Below are positions 7,744 to 16,031 of a DNA stretch of 64,000 bases, piece by piece. The position numbers and the translations under genes are program-made. The notes under the pieces were generated by a model, which worked only from the letters and a program-made list of their open reading frames with translations, searched no databases and was not told the origin of the DNA. The stretch spans positions 40,142 through 104,141 of the forward strand of contig JADLFU010000133.1 of NCBI GenBank assembly GCA_020849655.1, given 5' to 3'. How positions within the stretch are numbered: the stretch's first letter is position 1; every line of letters begins with the position of its first letter. This stretch comes from Polyangiaceae bacterium. Its GTDB lineage: Bacteria; Myxococcota_A; Polyangia; Polyangiales; Polyangiaceae.

Positions 7744-8997
7744 ATGAAGACCGGCGCCGCGCTGCTGCTCGTGACCCTGGCGATCGGCTGCGCCCCGGAG
7801 ACGCCGGAGGCGTCCGGCCGCGCGGGCAGCGCAGGCCAGTCGAGCGCGGGCAGCGCGGGAAAATCGAGCGCGGGACAAGCAGGCGCGAGCGCGGGACAAG
7901 CAGGCGCGAGCGCGGGACAAGCGGGCGCGAGCGCGGGACAGGCGGGCGCGAGCGCGGGACAGGCAGGCGCGAGCGCGGGCACCGCAGGACAAGCGGGCGC
8001 GGGACAGGCAGGCGCGAGCGCGGGCACCGCAGGACAAGCGGGCGCGGGACAAGCAGGCGCGAGCGCGGGCAGCGCAGGACAAGCGGGCGCAGGACAAGCA
8101 GGCGCGAGCGCGGGCACCGCGGGCCAGCCGAGCGCGGGCACCGCGGGCCAGTCGAGCGCAGGACAAGCGGGCGCGAGCGCGGGACAAGCAGGCGCGAGCG
8201 CGGGACAAGCAGGCGCGAGCGCAGGACAAGCAGGCGCGAGCGCAGGACAAGCAGGCGCGAGCGCGGGACAAGCAGGCGCGAGCGCCGGGCAGGCGGGCTC
8301 CGCGGGCGCCTCCGCGAACCCCGCCGTGACCGTGCCGTCGTCGAAGGGCTCGTACTCGATCGACGCCCACGAGGTCACGGTCGGTGAGTACGCCGACTGG
8401 ATCAAGACCTCGCCCAGCGTCATCGGGCAGCCTCCGGTGTGCTCGTGGAACACCGATTTTCAGCCCTCGACCGTGCCGGCCGGCTGGCCCGACGTGACGG
8501 ACGAGCGCGACCACCCGATCACCTGCGTCGACTGGTGCGACGCGGTGGCGTACTGCGCGGCGCACGCGCGGAGGCTGTGCGGGCGCATCGGGGGAGGCGC
8601 CGTCGACTGGACCAAGCGCACCGACGCGAACGAGAGCCAGTGGTTCAACGCGTGCACGTCGGGCGGCACCCACGCCTACACGTACGGCGGCGCGAGCTAC
8701 GTCCCGGGCCTGTGCAACAGCGGCAACGCGGACGGCGCCCAGCGGGTGACCGCGGCGCAGAGCCACCCCGACTGCCACGCGACGGAGGCCTACTCGGGCG
8801 TGTATGATTTGTCAGGAAACGTCTGGGAGTGGGAGGACGCCTGCGACTCCACGACGAAGGGCGAGGACGCGAAGTGCGCGCTCCGCGGCGGCGCGTGGGA
8901 CAACAACGCGTCCGAGTCGCGCTGCGCGGAGACGGGCTTCGCGTACTCGCGCTCCAACGCCGACGGGTTCGTCGGGTTCCGCTGCTGCTCGCTGTAG
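7744..8997 (+). CDS. lipoprotein with (AGQAGAS)n spacer and FGE-sulfatase (SUMF1/EgtB/PvdO-type) domain
   Basis: Lipobox LAIGC. About 160 aa of AGQAGAS repeats. C-terminal SIDAHEVTVGEYADWI...HPITCVDWCDAVAYCAAHARRLCG...YDLSGNVWEWEDAC...LRGGAW...GFRCCSL. Confidence 0.85.
   Translation: MKTGAALLLVTLAIGCAPETPEASGRAGSAGQSSAGSAGKSSAGQAGASAGQAGASAGQAGASAGQAGASAGQAGASAGTAGQAGAGQAGASAGTAGQAGAGQAGASAGSAGQAGAGQAGASAGTAGQPSAGTAGQSSAGQAGASAGQAGASAGQAGASAGQAGASAGQAGASAGQAGASAGQAGSAGASANPAVTVPSSKGSYSIDAHEVTVGEYADWIKTSPSVIGQPPVCSWNTDFQPSTVPAGWPDVTDERDHPITCVDWCDAVAYCAAHARRLCGRIGGGAVDWTKRTDANESQWFNACTSGGTHAYTYGGASYVPGLCNSGNADGAQRVTAAQSHPDCHATEAYSGVYDLSGNVWEWEDACDSTTKGEDAKCALRGGAWDNNASESRCAETGFAYSRSNADGFVGFRCCSL
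7822..8310 (+). repeat. Nested tandem repeat array (21-nt and 45-nt units) inside CDS 7744..8997
   Basis: Unit gcgggacaagcaggcgcgagc first seen at 7870-7890. About 5 copies, then three 45-nt composite units (AGTAGQAGAGQAGAS), then about 7 more 21-nt copies. No unique spacers. Confidence 0.9.
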
Positions 8998-9006
8998 GGT
9001 GCCTCG

Positions 9007-9966
9007 ATGAGCGTGCGGGCGGTCGTCGCCGTGGCGGGCAAGGCAGAGATGGCCATGAGCGCGGAGGCCGCCGTCCGGGCGCTCGCCGCCGACGAGGACG
9101 CGAAGATCTGGATCGATCTGTCGGGGCCCATCTCGGCCGAGCTGAAGCAGCTGCTGTCGCGCGAGCTGGGCGTGCACCTGCTCGTGCTCGAGGATCTCGA
9201 GGCGAGCTACATGGTGCCGAAGCTCGAGGAGTTCCCGGAGTACACGTACCTGCTCGTGCACGGCGCGCGGCGCGGCGAGCGGCAGGACGACCTCGACTTC
9301 GAGGAGATCGATCTCGTCATCGGTCGACGGTGGATCGTCTCGCACCAGGTCGGCGGCTCGCGGATCGCGCTCGACGATCGGGATCTGCGGGCGCTCGCGC
9401 GCGGACCGGCCGCCGCGGCGCACGCGGTGCTCGATCGCGTCGTCGACGAGTACCTGCCTGTCGTCGACGGCCTCGAGGCGGTGCTCGACGAGCTCGAGGC
9501 CGAGGTGATGCGCGATCCCTCGCCCGAGGTGCTCGCGCGCGTGTTCGCGGCGAAGCGGGCGGTGTTTCAGCTGCGGCGCGTGGCCGCGTACCAGCGCGAT
9601 CTGCTCGTGCGCCTGGCGCGGCCGGGCGGCCCCGTCATCCCCGACTCGGCGCTGCCGTTCTTCCGCGACGTCGGCGATCACCTGACGATGGTGCTGTTCC
9701 AGACGGAGGCGCAGCGCGAGATCGCGACCGGCATCGTCGAGCGGCACCTGGCGATGCAGTCGAACCGCCTGAACGAGGTGATGAAGACGCTGACGATGTT
9801 CTCGACCGTCATGCTGCCGCTCACCCTGATCGCGGGCATCTACGGGATGAACTTCGAGAACATGCCGGAGCTGAAGTGGCGCCACGGCTACCCGCTCGCG
9901 CTGCTCGCGATGGGGCTCGTCGCGGTCGGGCTCCTCTTCTATTTTCGGCGCAAGAGGTGGCTCTGA
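9007..9966 (+). CDS. corA: CorA family magnesium/cobalt transporter
   Basis: C-terminal MLPLTLIAGIYGMNFENMPELKW (GMN motif) followed by a second TM. 9 nt after the preceding gene. Confidence 0.9.
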   Translation: MSVRAVVAVAGKAEMAMSAEAAVRALAADEDAKIWIDLSGPISAELKQLLSRELGVHLLVLEDLEASYMVPKLEEFPEYTYLLVHGARRGERQDDLDFEEIDLVIGRRWIVSHQVGGSRIALDDRDLRALARGPAAAAHAVLDRVVDEYLPVVDGLEAVLDELEAEVMRDPSPEVLARVFAAKRAVFQLRRVAAYQRDLLVRLARPGGPVIPDSALPFFRDVGDHLTMVLFQTEAQREIATGIVERHLAMQSNRLNEVMKTLTMFSTVMLPLTLIAGIYGMNFENMPELKWRHGYPLALLAMGLVAVGLLFYFRRKRWL

Positions 9967-9984
9967 CGGGGCTACAACCAGCGG

Positions 9985-10590
9985 ATGCGCGCCGCCCTCC
10001 TGCTCGCCCTCTGCTCGCTCGTCGGCTGCTCGCGGGAGTCGAGCGCGCCCCCGTCGGCCGCCGCCACGGCGACGCCCTCGCACGCGCCTGCCCCAGCGTC
10101 GACGAGGCCCGCGGTCGCGCCGGGCCAGCTCATCACGCCGGGCAAGGGCGTCACGTCGGCGCAGCTCGGCGCGGGGCTCTCGATCGTCGAGCGCGAGCTC
10201 GGGCCGTGCACGAAGATGCACCAGGACGGCAAGCGGCGCGTCTGCTTCTACCCGCACCGCGGCCTCGAGATCGCGCTCGTCGACAACGACGTCACCCGCG
10301 TGAGCGCCCACCGCGGCGGGCGCACGGTGCCCGACAAGGAGCTCGCCGACCTCACGTTCACGCAGTTCCCCGGCGCGACCGCCGAGGGCGTGAGGCCGGG
10401 CATGACGAAGGTCGACGCGGAGGCGAAGCTCGGCCCGCCCAGGGCGTCGGACAAGCCGAAGGGGGACGTCCCGGCGAAGGACGGCGCGCGGCGCATCGCG
10501 GTGCTCGAGTACCCGGGGCTCGCGCTCGAGGTCGAGATGGTCCACGGCGAGCTGATCGTCGGCGCCATCCACGTCCCGAAGGGCCCATGA
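9985..10590 (+). CDS. hypothetical lipoprotein
   Basis: MRAALLLALCSLVGCSRES lipobox; good GC3 bias; no recognised family. Confidence 0.7.
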   Translation: MRAALLLALCSLVGCSRESSAPPSAAATATPSHAPAPASTRPAVAPGQLITPGKGVTSAQLGAGLSIVERELGPCTKMHQDGKRRVCFYPHRGLEIALVDNDVTRVSAHRGGRTVPDKELADLTFTQFPGATAEGVRPGMTKVDAEAKLGPPRASDKPKGDVPAKDGARRIAVLEYPGLALEVEMVHGELIVGAIHVPKGP

Positions 10591-10681
10591 GCCGAGCCGC
10601 CGGCGCCGTGCCCTCGACCTGGCGAGTGCGGTGCGAGCGCCGACTTGGCCCGCCGGCGCGGGGCGCGGCACGATCTCGCGC

Positions 10682-11020
10682 ATGCCGTACCAACCTCGCC
10701 GCCACGGGCGTCGCGCGCCCGTCGATCTTCCCGTCACCGTCCACGCCGACGGGCTCACCTTCGACTGTCGGGCGACCGACCTGTCACCCGACGGCCTGTC
10801 ACTCGACCGCGCGCCCGGCCTGGCGGCGCACGGCGGGCGGCCCTTCTACTGGATCCACATCCCGCTCGGCGACCGGGGCATCCGCGCGCTCGCGCGCCCG
10901 ACGTGGACGGCGGGCCAGCGCCAGGGGTTTCGGTTCATCCTCGTCAGCGACGAGGCGCGCCTGACGATGGCCGAGCACATGGATGTCGTCGAGCGGCTGT
11001 GGGGTCGCGCGCTGCACTGA
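10682..11020 (+). CDS. PilZ domain protein (stand-alone)
   Basis: ATG 10682 (MPYQPRRHGRRAPVDLPV); the track ORF starts at an upstream alternative start, 10631. RRHGRR (RRxxxR) and TDLSPDGLSL (DxSxxG) present. Confidence 0.7.
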   Translation: MPYQPRRHGRRAPVDLPVTVHADGLTFDCRATDLSPDGLSLDRAPGLAAHGGRPFYWIHIPLGDRGIRALARPTWTAGQRQGFRFILVSDEARLTMAEHMDVVERLWGRALH

Positions 11021-11038
11021 GCGCCGATCCCGAGGCGC

Positions 11039-12745
11039 CTACTGCAGCCCCGCTGCCAGCGCCGCGAGCAGCGGGTCGCGGTCAGCAGGGGCGCCCGTCT
11101 TCAGATGGCCTTCATTGATCGTCCACACGATCATCCCGCCGAGTCCCTTCGTCTTCAGGTAGGCGGTCTGCGCGGCGATGGCCTGCTCCTCGAGGTACGA
11201 GAGGTACGTGCAGCCGAGCGGGCCCGTCGGCGACGAGAAGCTCATGTAGGCCGCGCTCGCGACCGCGTCCCAGTGCTTCGTCCCGCCCGCGTAGACGCCG
11301 GAGACGAGCGCGCGGTACGAGAGCTGGTTGTCATCGCCGCTCGAGGTCGCGCCGCCGAGCGCCTGGCCGGGGCCGGTGACGGGGCTCGTGTAGCACAGTC
11401 CATAGAAGCCCGCGCCGATGCCCAGCTTCTTCGCGGGGACACCCGCGGCCAGGTACGCGTCGACGCTCGACGAGATGCTCATCGGGGTCGACGGCGCCTG
11501 GCCGGCGAGCGGCGAGTGGTGCCAGCTCTTCCAGCCCGCGTACGCGCCCGCCATCGAGTACGTCATCAGGTTCACCTGGTCGAGCGACGCGGAGATGGAG
11601 GCCCACCTCGGATCGACCGTCTCGAAGTTGGTGTTCACCCCTCCGAGCGGCACCGTCAACACCGCCTCGGGCCACGCGGCGCGCAGCGCCTTCGCCAGCG
11701 CGTCGAAGTCGTCGAGCTCCGCCGGGGGCAGCGGCTCCCAGTCGAGATCGAGGCCGTCGAACCCGTGTGACTTGGCAAAATCGACGAGCGCCTGCACGAG
11801 CTTCGCCCGCTGCGTCTTCGCGGCCGCCGCGAAGGCGTCGTGCGCGCCCGCCCCGCCCACCATCAGCACCGCCTTCTTGCCGGCGGCGCGGGTCGCGTCC
11901 GCGAGCGCCTTCGCGAACACGGGCCCCGTCTGCGGGGTCTGGTAGAAGTCGACGTCGAGCGAGCCGTCCGCCTTCGGCAGCGCCGCGCCGGCCGCGACGT
12001 GGCTCATCAGGTCGAAGCGGACGTCCCCGATCGGCAGATCACCCTCCTGGTAGCCCGGGTAGTAGCCCATCAGCCATCGGCCCGACGTCGCGCCGGCCTG
12101 GCCGCTGCTGCCTGCCTGGTTGTTGCCTGCCTGGCCGCTGTTGCCACCCTGGTTGTTGCCTGCCTGGCCGCTGCTGCCACCCTGGTTGTTGCCTGCCTGG
12201 CCGCTGCTGCCACCCTGGCTGTTGCCTGCCTGGCCGCTGCTGCCACCCTGGCTGTTGCCTGCCTGGCCGCTGCTGCCGCCCTGGCTGTTGCCTGCCTGGC
12301 CGCTGCTGCCGCCCTGGCTGTTGCCTGCCTGGCCGCTGCTGCCGCCCTGACTGTTGCCTGCTTGGCTCTTGCCTGCCTGGCCGCTGTTGCCTGCCTGGTT
12401 GTTGCCTGCCTGGCCGCTGTTGCCTGCCTGGTTGTTGCCTGCCTGACCGCCGGCGCCTGCCTGGCTCTTGCCTGCCTGGCCGCCGGCGCCTGCCTGGCCG
12501 CCGGCGCCTGCCTGGCTCTTGCCCGCCTGGCCAGCCTGGAGGCTGCCGGCGTGGCCTCCCCCTCCCGCGCCTGTCCCGCTGGCGCCGCCGCTCGCCTTGC
12601 CTCCGCCGCCGCTCTGGCCTGCTCCGGCGCTCGCCGCGCCGCCCCCGCCAGGCGCAGGCCCGGAGGCGCCGGTGTCGCCTCCGCCCCCGCACGCCGAGGC
12701 CGCCACCAGGATCACGCCCGCCCACCCGATCGTCCGCTGCGCCAT
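11039..12745 (-). CDS. glycoside hydrolase family 18 (chitinase-like) lipoprotein with long Gly/Gln/Ser/Asn repeat spacer
   Basis: Signal plus AASAC lipobox. About 200 aa of GNSQGGSSGQA-type repeats. TIM-barrel part has the FDGLDLDWE (DxxDxDxE) catalytic motif and MTYSMAG. Confidence 0.85.
   Translation of the reverse strand: MAQRTIGWAGVILVAASACGGGGDTGASGPAPGGGGAASAGAGQSGGGGKASGGASGTGAGGGGHAGSLQAGQAGKSQAGAGGQAGAGGQAGKSQAGAGGQAGNNQAGNSGQAGNNQAGNSGQAGKSQAGNSQGGSSGQAGNSQGGSSGQAGNSQGGSSGQAGNSQGGSSGQAGNSQGGSSGQAGNNQGGSSGQAGNNQGGNSGQAGNNQAGSSGQAGATSGRWLMGYYPGYQEGDLPIGDVRFDLMSHVAAGAALPKADGSLDVDFYQTPQTGPVFAKALADATRAAGKKAVLMVGGAGAHDAFAAAAKTQRAKLVQALVDFAKSHGFDGLDLDWEPLPPAELDDFDALAKALRAAWPEAVLTVPLGGVNTNFETVDPRWASISASLDQVNLMTYSMAGAYAGWKSWHHSPLAGQAPSTPMSISSSVDAYLAAGVPAKKLGIGAGFYGLCYTSPVTGPGQALGGATSSGDDNQLSYRALVSGVYAGGTKHWDAVASAAYMSFSSPTGPLGCTYLSYLEEQAIAAQTAYLKTKGLGGMIVWTINEGHLKTGAPADRDPLLAALAAGLQ
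12096..12535 (-). repeat. Tandem 33-nt coding repeats (GNSQGGSSGQA and variants) inside GH18 gene
   Basis: The plus-strand unit gcctgcctggccgctgctgccaccctggctgtt repeats with few substitutions, flanked by related GQAGKSQAGAGGQAG-type units. Confidence 0.9.
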
Positions 12746-12792
12746 CCGCCGAGCCTACCGGACCGGGCGCGCCGGTGCGATGCTGCGCGTCG

Positions 12793-12957
12793 ATGCGCTC
12801 GACGCTCCTCCTGCTCGCCCTGTCGCTCGTCGCCTGCGATCCGACGACGGGGGCGCGCCCGCCGAAGCACACGGGCGAGCCCGCGCCGACCGCGTCGACC
12901 TCGGCGGAGCCGCTGTGGCTCTCCAACCAGCCGCGGCCCGCCCCGGCGCCGAGGTGA
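12793..12957 (+). CDS. candidate small lipoprotein (54 aa)
   Basis: ATG 12793. MRSTLLLLALSLVACDPTTG is a textbook lipobox. Every codon I read ends in G/C except GAT. Lies in the divergent spacer between GH18 and cysE. Hidden within track ORF 11767..12957. Confidence 0.4.
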   Translation: MRSTLLLLALSLVACDPTTGARPPKHTGEPAPTASTSAEPLWLSNQPRPAPAPR

Positions 12958-12986
12958 CGCCCTCGGCCGTGTGCTAGCGTCGGCGG

Positions 12987-13937
12987 GTGTCCAGTGAACC
13001 GCTCCTGCCCGAGCTCGTCGACGCGCTGCTGAAGAGCTACCGCGACGATCCGCGGGCCCACCACATCAACCGGCGGTTCTTGCCCTCGCGCGCCGAGATC
13101 ATCGAGCTCACGCGCCTCCTGCTCGACCTGATGTACCCCGGCTACTTCGGCCGGCAGGATCTCACCGACGACAACGTCGCGTTCTACACGGGCGTCACGC
13201 TCTCGGCCGTCAAGGAGAAGCTCGAGGAGCAGATCGGGCTCTCTCTCTGCTACCAGCGCGAGCTGAGCGGCAACTGCTGCAAGGACACCGAGCCGGGCAA
13301 GGTGCGGTGCGACGCGCGGGAGCTGACGGCGCGGTTCCTCCGGCGGCTGCCCGAGCTGCGCGCGATGCTCGTCGAGGACGTGCAGGCCGCGTACGACGGC
13401 GATCCGGCCGCGACCAACCTCGACGAGGTCATCCTCGCGTACCCCGGCCTGTTCGCGATCAGCGTGTACCGCATCGCGCACGAGCTCGCGGGGCTCGGCG
13501 TCGCCTTGATGCCCCGCATCATGACCGAGTGGGCGCACGCGCAGACGGGCGCCGACCTGCACCCCGGCGCGAAGATCGGCCGGTCGTTCTTCATCGATCA
13601 CGCCACGGGCGTCGTCGTCGGCGAGACGACCACCATCGGCTCGCACGTGAAGCTCTACCAGGGCGTGACGCTCGGCGCGCTCTCGCACCCGAAGGGCGGC
13701 GACGGTCGCGTCATCCGCGGGCAGAAGCGCCACCCGACCGTCGAGAGCCGCGTCACCATCTACGCGAACACGACCGTGCTCGGCGGGCAGACGGTCGTCG
13801 GCGAGGGCAGCACGATCGGCGGCGCGGTGTTCCTCACGTACGGCATCCCGCCGGGCTCGAAGGTCGCCGTCAAGCCGCCCGAGCTCGTGCTGAAGCCCGC
13901 GCCGCCCGAGAAGTCCGCGTCGCCGTCGGCCGAGTGA
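12987..13937 (+). CDS. cysE: serine O-acetyltransferase (long EpsC/CysE type)
   Basis: GTG start. ...AYDGDPAATNLDEVILAYPGLFAISVYRIAHEL...GADLHPGAKIGRSFFIDHATGVVVGETTTIGSHVKLYQGVTLGA hexapeptide-repeat core. Confidence 0.9.
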   Translation: MSSEPLLPELVDALLKSYRDDPRAHHINRRFLPSRAEIIELTRLLLDLMYPGYFGRQDLTDDNVAFYTGVTLSAVKEKLEEQIGLSLCYQRELSGNCCKDTEPGKVRCDARELTARFLRRLPELRAMLVEDVQAAYDGDPAATNLDEVILAYPGLFAISVYRIAHELAGLGVALMPRIMTEWAHAQTGADLHPGAKIGRSFFIDHATGVVVGETTTIGSHVKLYQGVTLGALSHPKGGDGRVIRGQKRHPTVESRVTIYANTTVLGGQTVVGEGSTIGGAVFLTYGIPPGSKVAVKPPELVLKPAPPEKSASPSAE

Positions 13938-13977
13938 TCCGCGCGCAGGGCGCCTTTCTCCGGTATCGTCGCCTGCC

Positions 13978-15090
13978 ATGACGCAAGGCAACGAGGGCCT
14001 GAAGGTCAACCTTCACCAGCTCCTGAAGGCGATGATCGAGAAGGGCGCGAGCGACATGCACATCACGACGGGCTCGCCCCCGCTGTTGCGCATCGACGGC
14101 TCGGTCGTCCCGCTGAAGCTCCCGCCGCTGTCGCCCGTCGACACGAAGGCGCTCTGCTACTCGATCCTCACCGAGGAGCAGAAGATCCACTTCGAGAAGC
14201 ACAACGAGCTCGATCTCTCCTTCGGCGTGAAGAACCTCTCGCGGTTCCGCGCGAACATCTTCATGCAGCGCGGCGCCGTCTCGGGCGCGCTCCGCGCCAT
14301 CCCGTTCAAGATCCTCAGCTTCGACGAGCTCGGCCTGCCGGTGATCATCTCGGAGCTCGCCGCGAAGCCGCGCGGCCTCGTGCTCGTCACCGGCGCGACC
14401 GGCTCCGGCAAGAGCACGACGCTCGCGTCGATCATCGACAAGATCAACACCGAGACGCGCCAGCACATCATGACGATCGAGGATCCGATCGAGTACCTGC
14501 ACCCGCACAAGCTGTGCGTGGTGAACCAGCGCGAGATCGGGGCCGACACCGAGAGCTTCAAGACGGCGCTGAAGTACGTCCTGCGCCAGGACCCCGACGT
14601 CGTGCTCGTCGGCGAGATGCGCGACCTCGAGACGATCGAGGCGGCGCTCACGATCGCAGAGACGGGTCACCTCGTGTTCGCGACGCTGCACACGAACAGC
14701 TGCGCGCAGACGATCAACCGCATCGTCGACGTGTTCCCGCCGCACCAGCAGCAGCAGATCCGCGCGCAGCTGTCGTTCTCGCTCGCCGGCGTCGTCACGC
14801 AGCAGCTGCTCGCCCGCCACAACGCCCCCGGCCGCGTCCTCGCGCTCGAGATCATGGTCCCGAACGCCGCGATCCGGAACCTCATCCGCGAGAACAAGAT
14901 CTCACAAATCTACAGTCAGATGCAGGTCGGGCAGGAGAAGTTCGGCATGCAGACGATGAACCAGTCGCTGTTCTCGCTGTTCTCGCGGCGGATGATCTCG
15001 CAGGAGGACGCCATCGGGCGCTCGAGCGAGCCCGACGAGCTGCGGATGATGATGGACGGACGGACGCCCGGGCCCGGCGCCCAGCGCTGA
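13978..15090 (+). CDS. pilT: type IV pilus twitching-motility ATPase PilT
   Basis: LLKAMIEKGASDMHITTGSPPLLRIDG..., Walker A VTGATGSGKSTTLAS, IMTIEDPIEY, VLVGEMRDLETI, TGHLVFATLHTNS. Confidence 0.95.
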   Translation: MTQGNEGLKVNLHQLLKAMIEKGASDMHITTGSPPLLRIDGSVVPLKLPPLSPVDTKALCYSILTEEQKIHFEKHNELDLSFGVKNLSRFRANIFMQRGAVSGALRAIPFKILSFDELGLPVIISELAAKPRGLVLVTGATGSGKSTTLASIIDKINTETRQHIMTIEDPIEYLHPHKLCVVNQREIGADTESFKTALKYVLRQDPDVVLVGEMRDLETIEAALTIAETGHLVFATLHTNSCAQTINRIVDVFPPHQQQQIRAQLSFSLAGVVTQQLLARHNAPGRVLALEIMVPNAAIRNLIRENKISQIYSQMQVGQEKFGMQTMNQSLFSLFSRRMISQEDAIGRSSEPDELRMMMDGRTPGPGAQR

Positions 15091-16030
15091 GCCCGTGACG
15101 ATCGAACCAATCTAACATCGCGCGCCAGCGCTCGACGAGCGCCTCGAGGGCGGGGCGCGAGGTCACCGGGACGAGCCACCGCGCCGGGATGGCGGCGACC
15201 CCGTCGCGCACGCCGGCGATCCCGCCGGTGATCGCGGCGGTCGTGTCGGTGTCGTCGCCGAGCGCGACGGCGGCCTTCACGGCGGCCTCGTAGCCGCCGG
15301 CGAGCAGCGCGTGGCGCGCCGAGTGCAGCGAGTCGACGGCGTACCCGCTCCCCTTGCCGCCGGGCGGATCGTCGAGGCGGAGCGCGGGCAGCTCCTCCTC
15401 GGCCGGCCGGTCGCCCGCGGTGACGGCGCGCGTGCGCTCGACGGCCGCGCGCCACGGATCGGCCGCGCCCTCGAGGTGCGCCCTCGCCCACAGGCAGTAC
15501 ACGACCGAGCAGAGCTGCGCGCGCAGGTGCGGGTGGGTCACGCGGGTCTGCAGGCGCGCGTCCGCTGCGAGCGCCGCGTCGTCGCCCGTGTGCCACAAGG
15601 CGAGCGGCAGGACACGCATCAGCGCGCCGTTGCCGTTGCCGCGCTCCTCGGCCGGGATGGGATCGAGCGCGGGCGCGCCGCGCGAGATCGCCCGCAGCGC
15701 CTGGCTCGTCTGGATGCCAATGTCGAACACCCGACCGTCGACGGCGAGGTAGCCCTCGAACGCCCAGCGGCAGAAGCGCGCCGCGAGGTCCTCCGGGTCG
15801 AGGCGCCCGGCGTGGAGCAGGGAGTCGAGCACGCAGAGCGCCATCGCGCCGTCGTCCGACCACGCGGCTGCGGGCGCGTTCGGGTGGGCCCGAGGGAAGC
15901 CCCGCGGCGGCTCGAGCTCGATCTTCGCGATCGGCGGCAGCGCAGTCGGCCGATGAAACTCGTACGGGACGCCCAGCGCGTCGCCCACGAGCAATCCGAA
16001 CAAACCTCCTATTCTCTGGTCGTCGATCAT
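14882..16030 (-). CDS. ADP-ribosylglycohydrolase family protein (about 70-aa low-quality C-terminal tail antisense to pilT)
   Basis: MIDDQRIGGLFGLLVGDALGVPYEFH... and ...LGDDTDTTAAITGGIAGV are DraG/ARH-type motifs. The first in-frame stop is at 14882, 209 nt inside pilT. Confidence 0.85.
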   Translation of the reverse strand: MIDDQRIGGLFGLLVGDALGVPYEFHRPTALPPIAKIELEPPRGFPRAHPNAPAAAWSDDGAMALCVLDSLLHAGRLDPEDLAARFCRWAFEGYLAVDGRVFDIGIQTSQALRAISRGAPALDPIPAEERGNGNGALMRVLPLALWHTGDDAALAADARLQTRVTHPHLRAQLCSVVYCLWARAHLEGAADPWRAAVERTRAVTAGDRPAEEELPALRLDDPPGGKGSGYAVDSLHSARHALLAGGYEAAVKAAVALGDDTDTTAAITGGIAGVRDGVAAIPARWLVPVTSRPALEALVERWRAMLDWFDRHGLSAGRRARASVRPSSSAARRARSSARWRPPARSSAARTARTATGSSSACRTSPARPASDCRFVRSCSRG

Positions 16031-16031
16031 G

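Noticed and set aside
7822-8310. A regular short-repeat array that could superficially be taken for a CRISPR array.
   Set aside because: The units are contiguous (21 and 45 nt) with no unique spacers. They are in frame within a lipoprotein gene and encode AGQAGAS. No cas genes are in the window.
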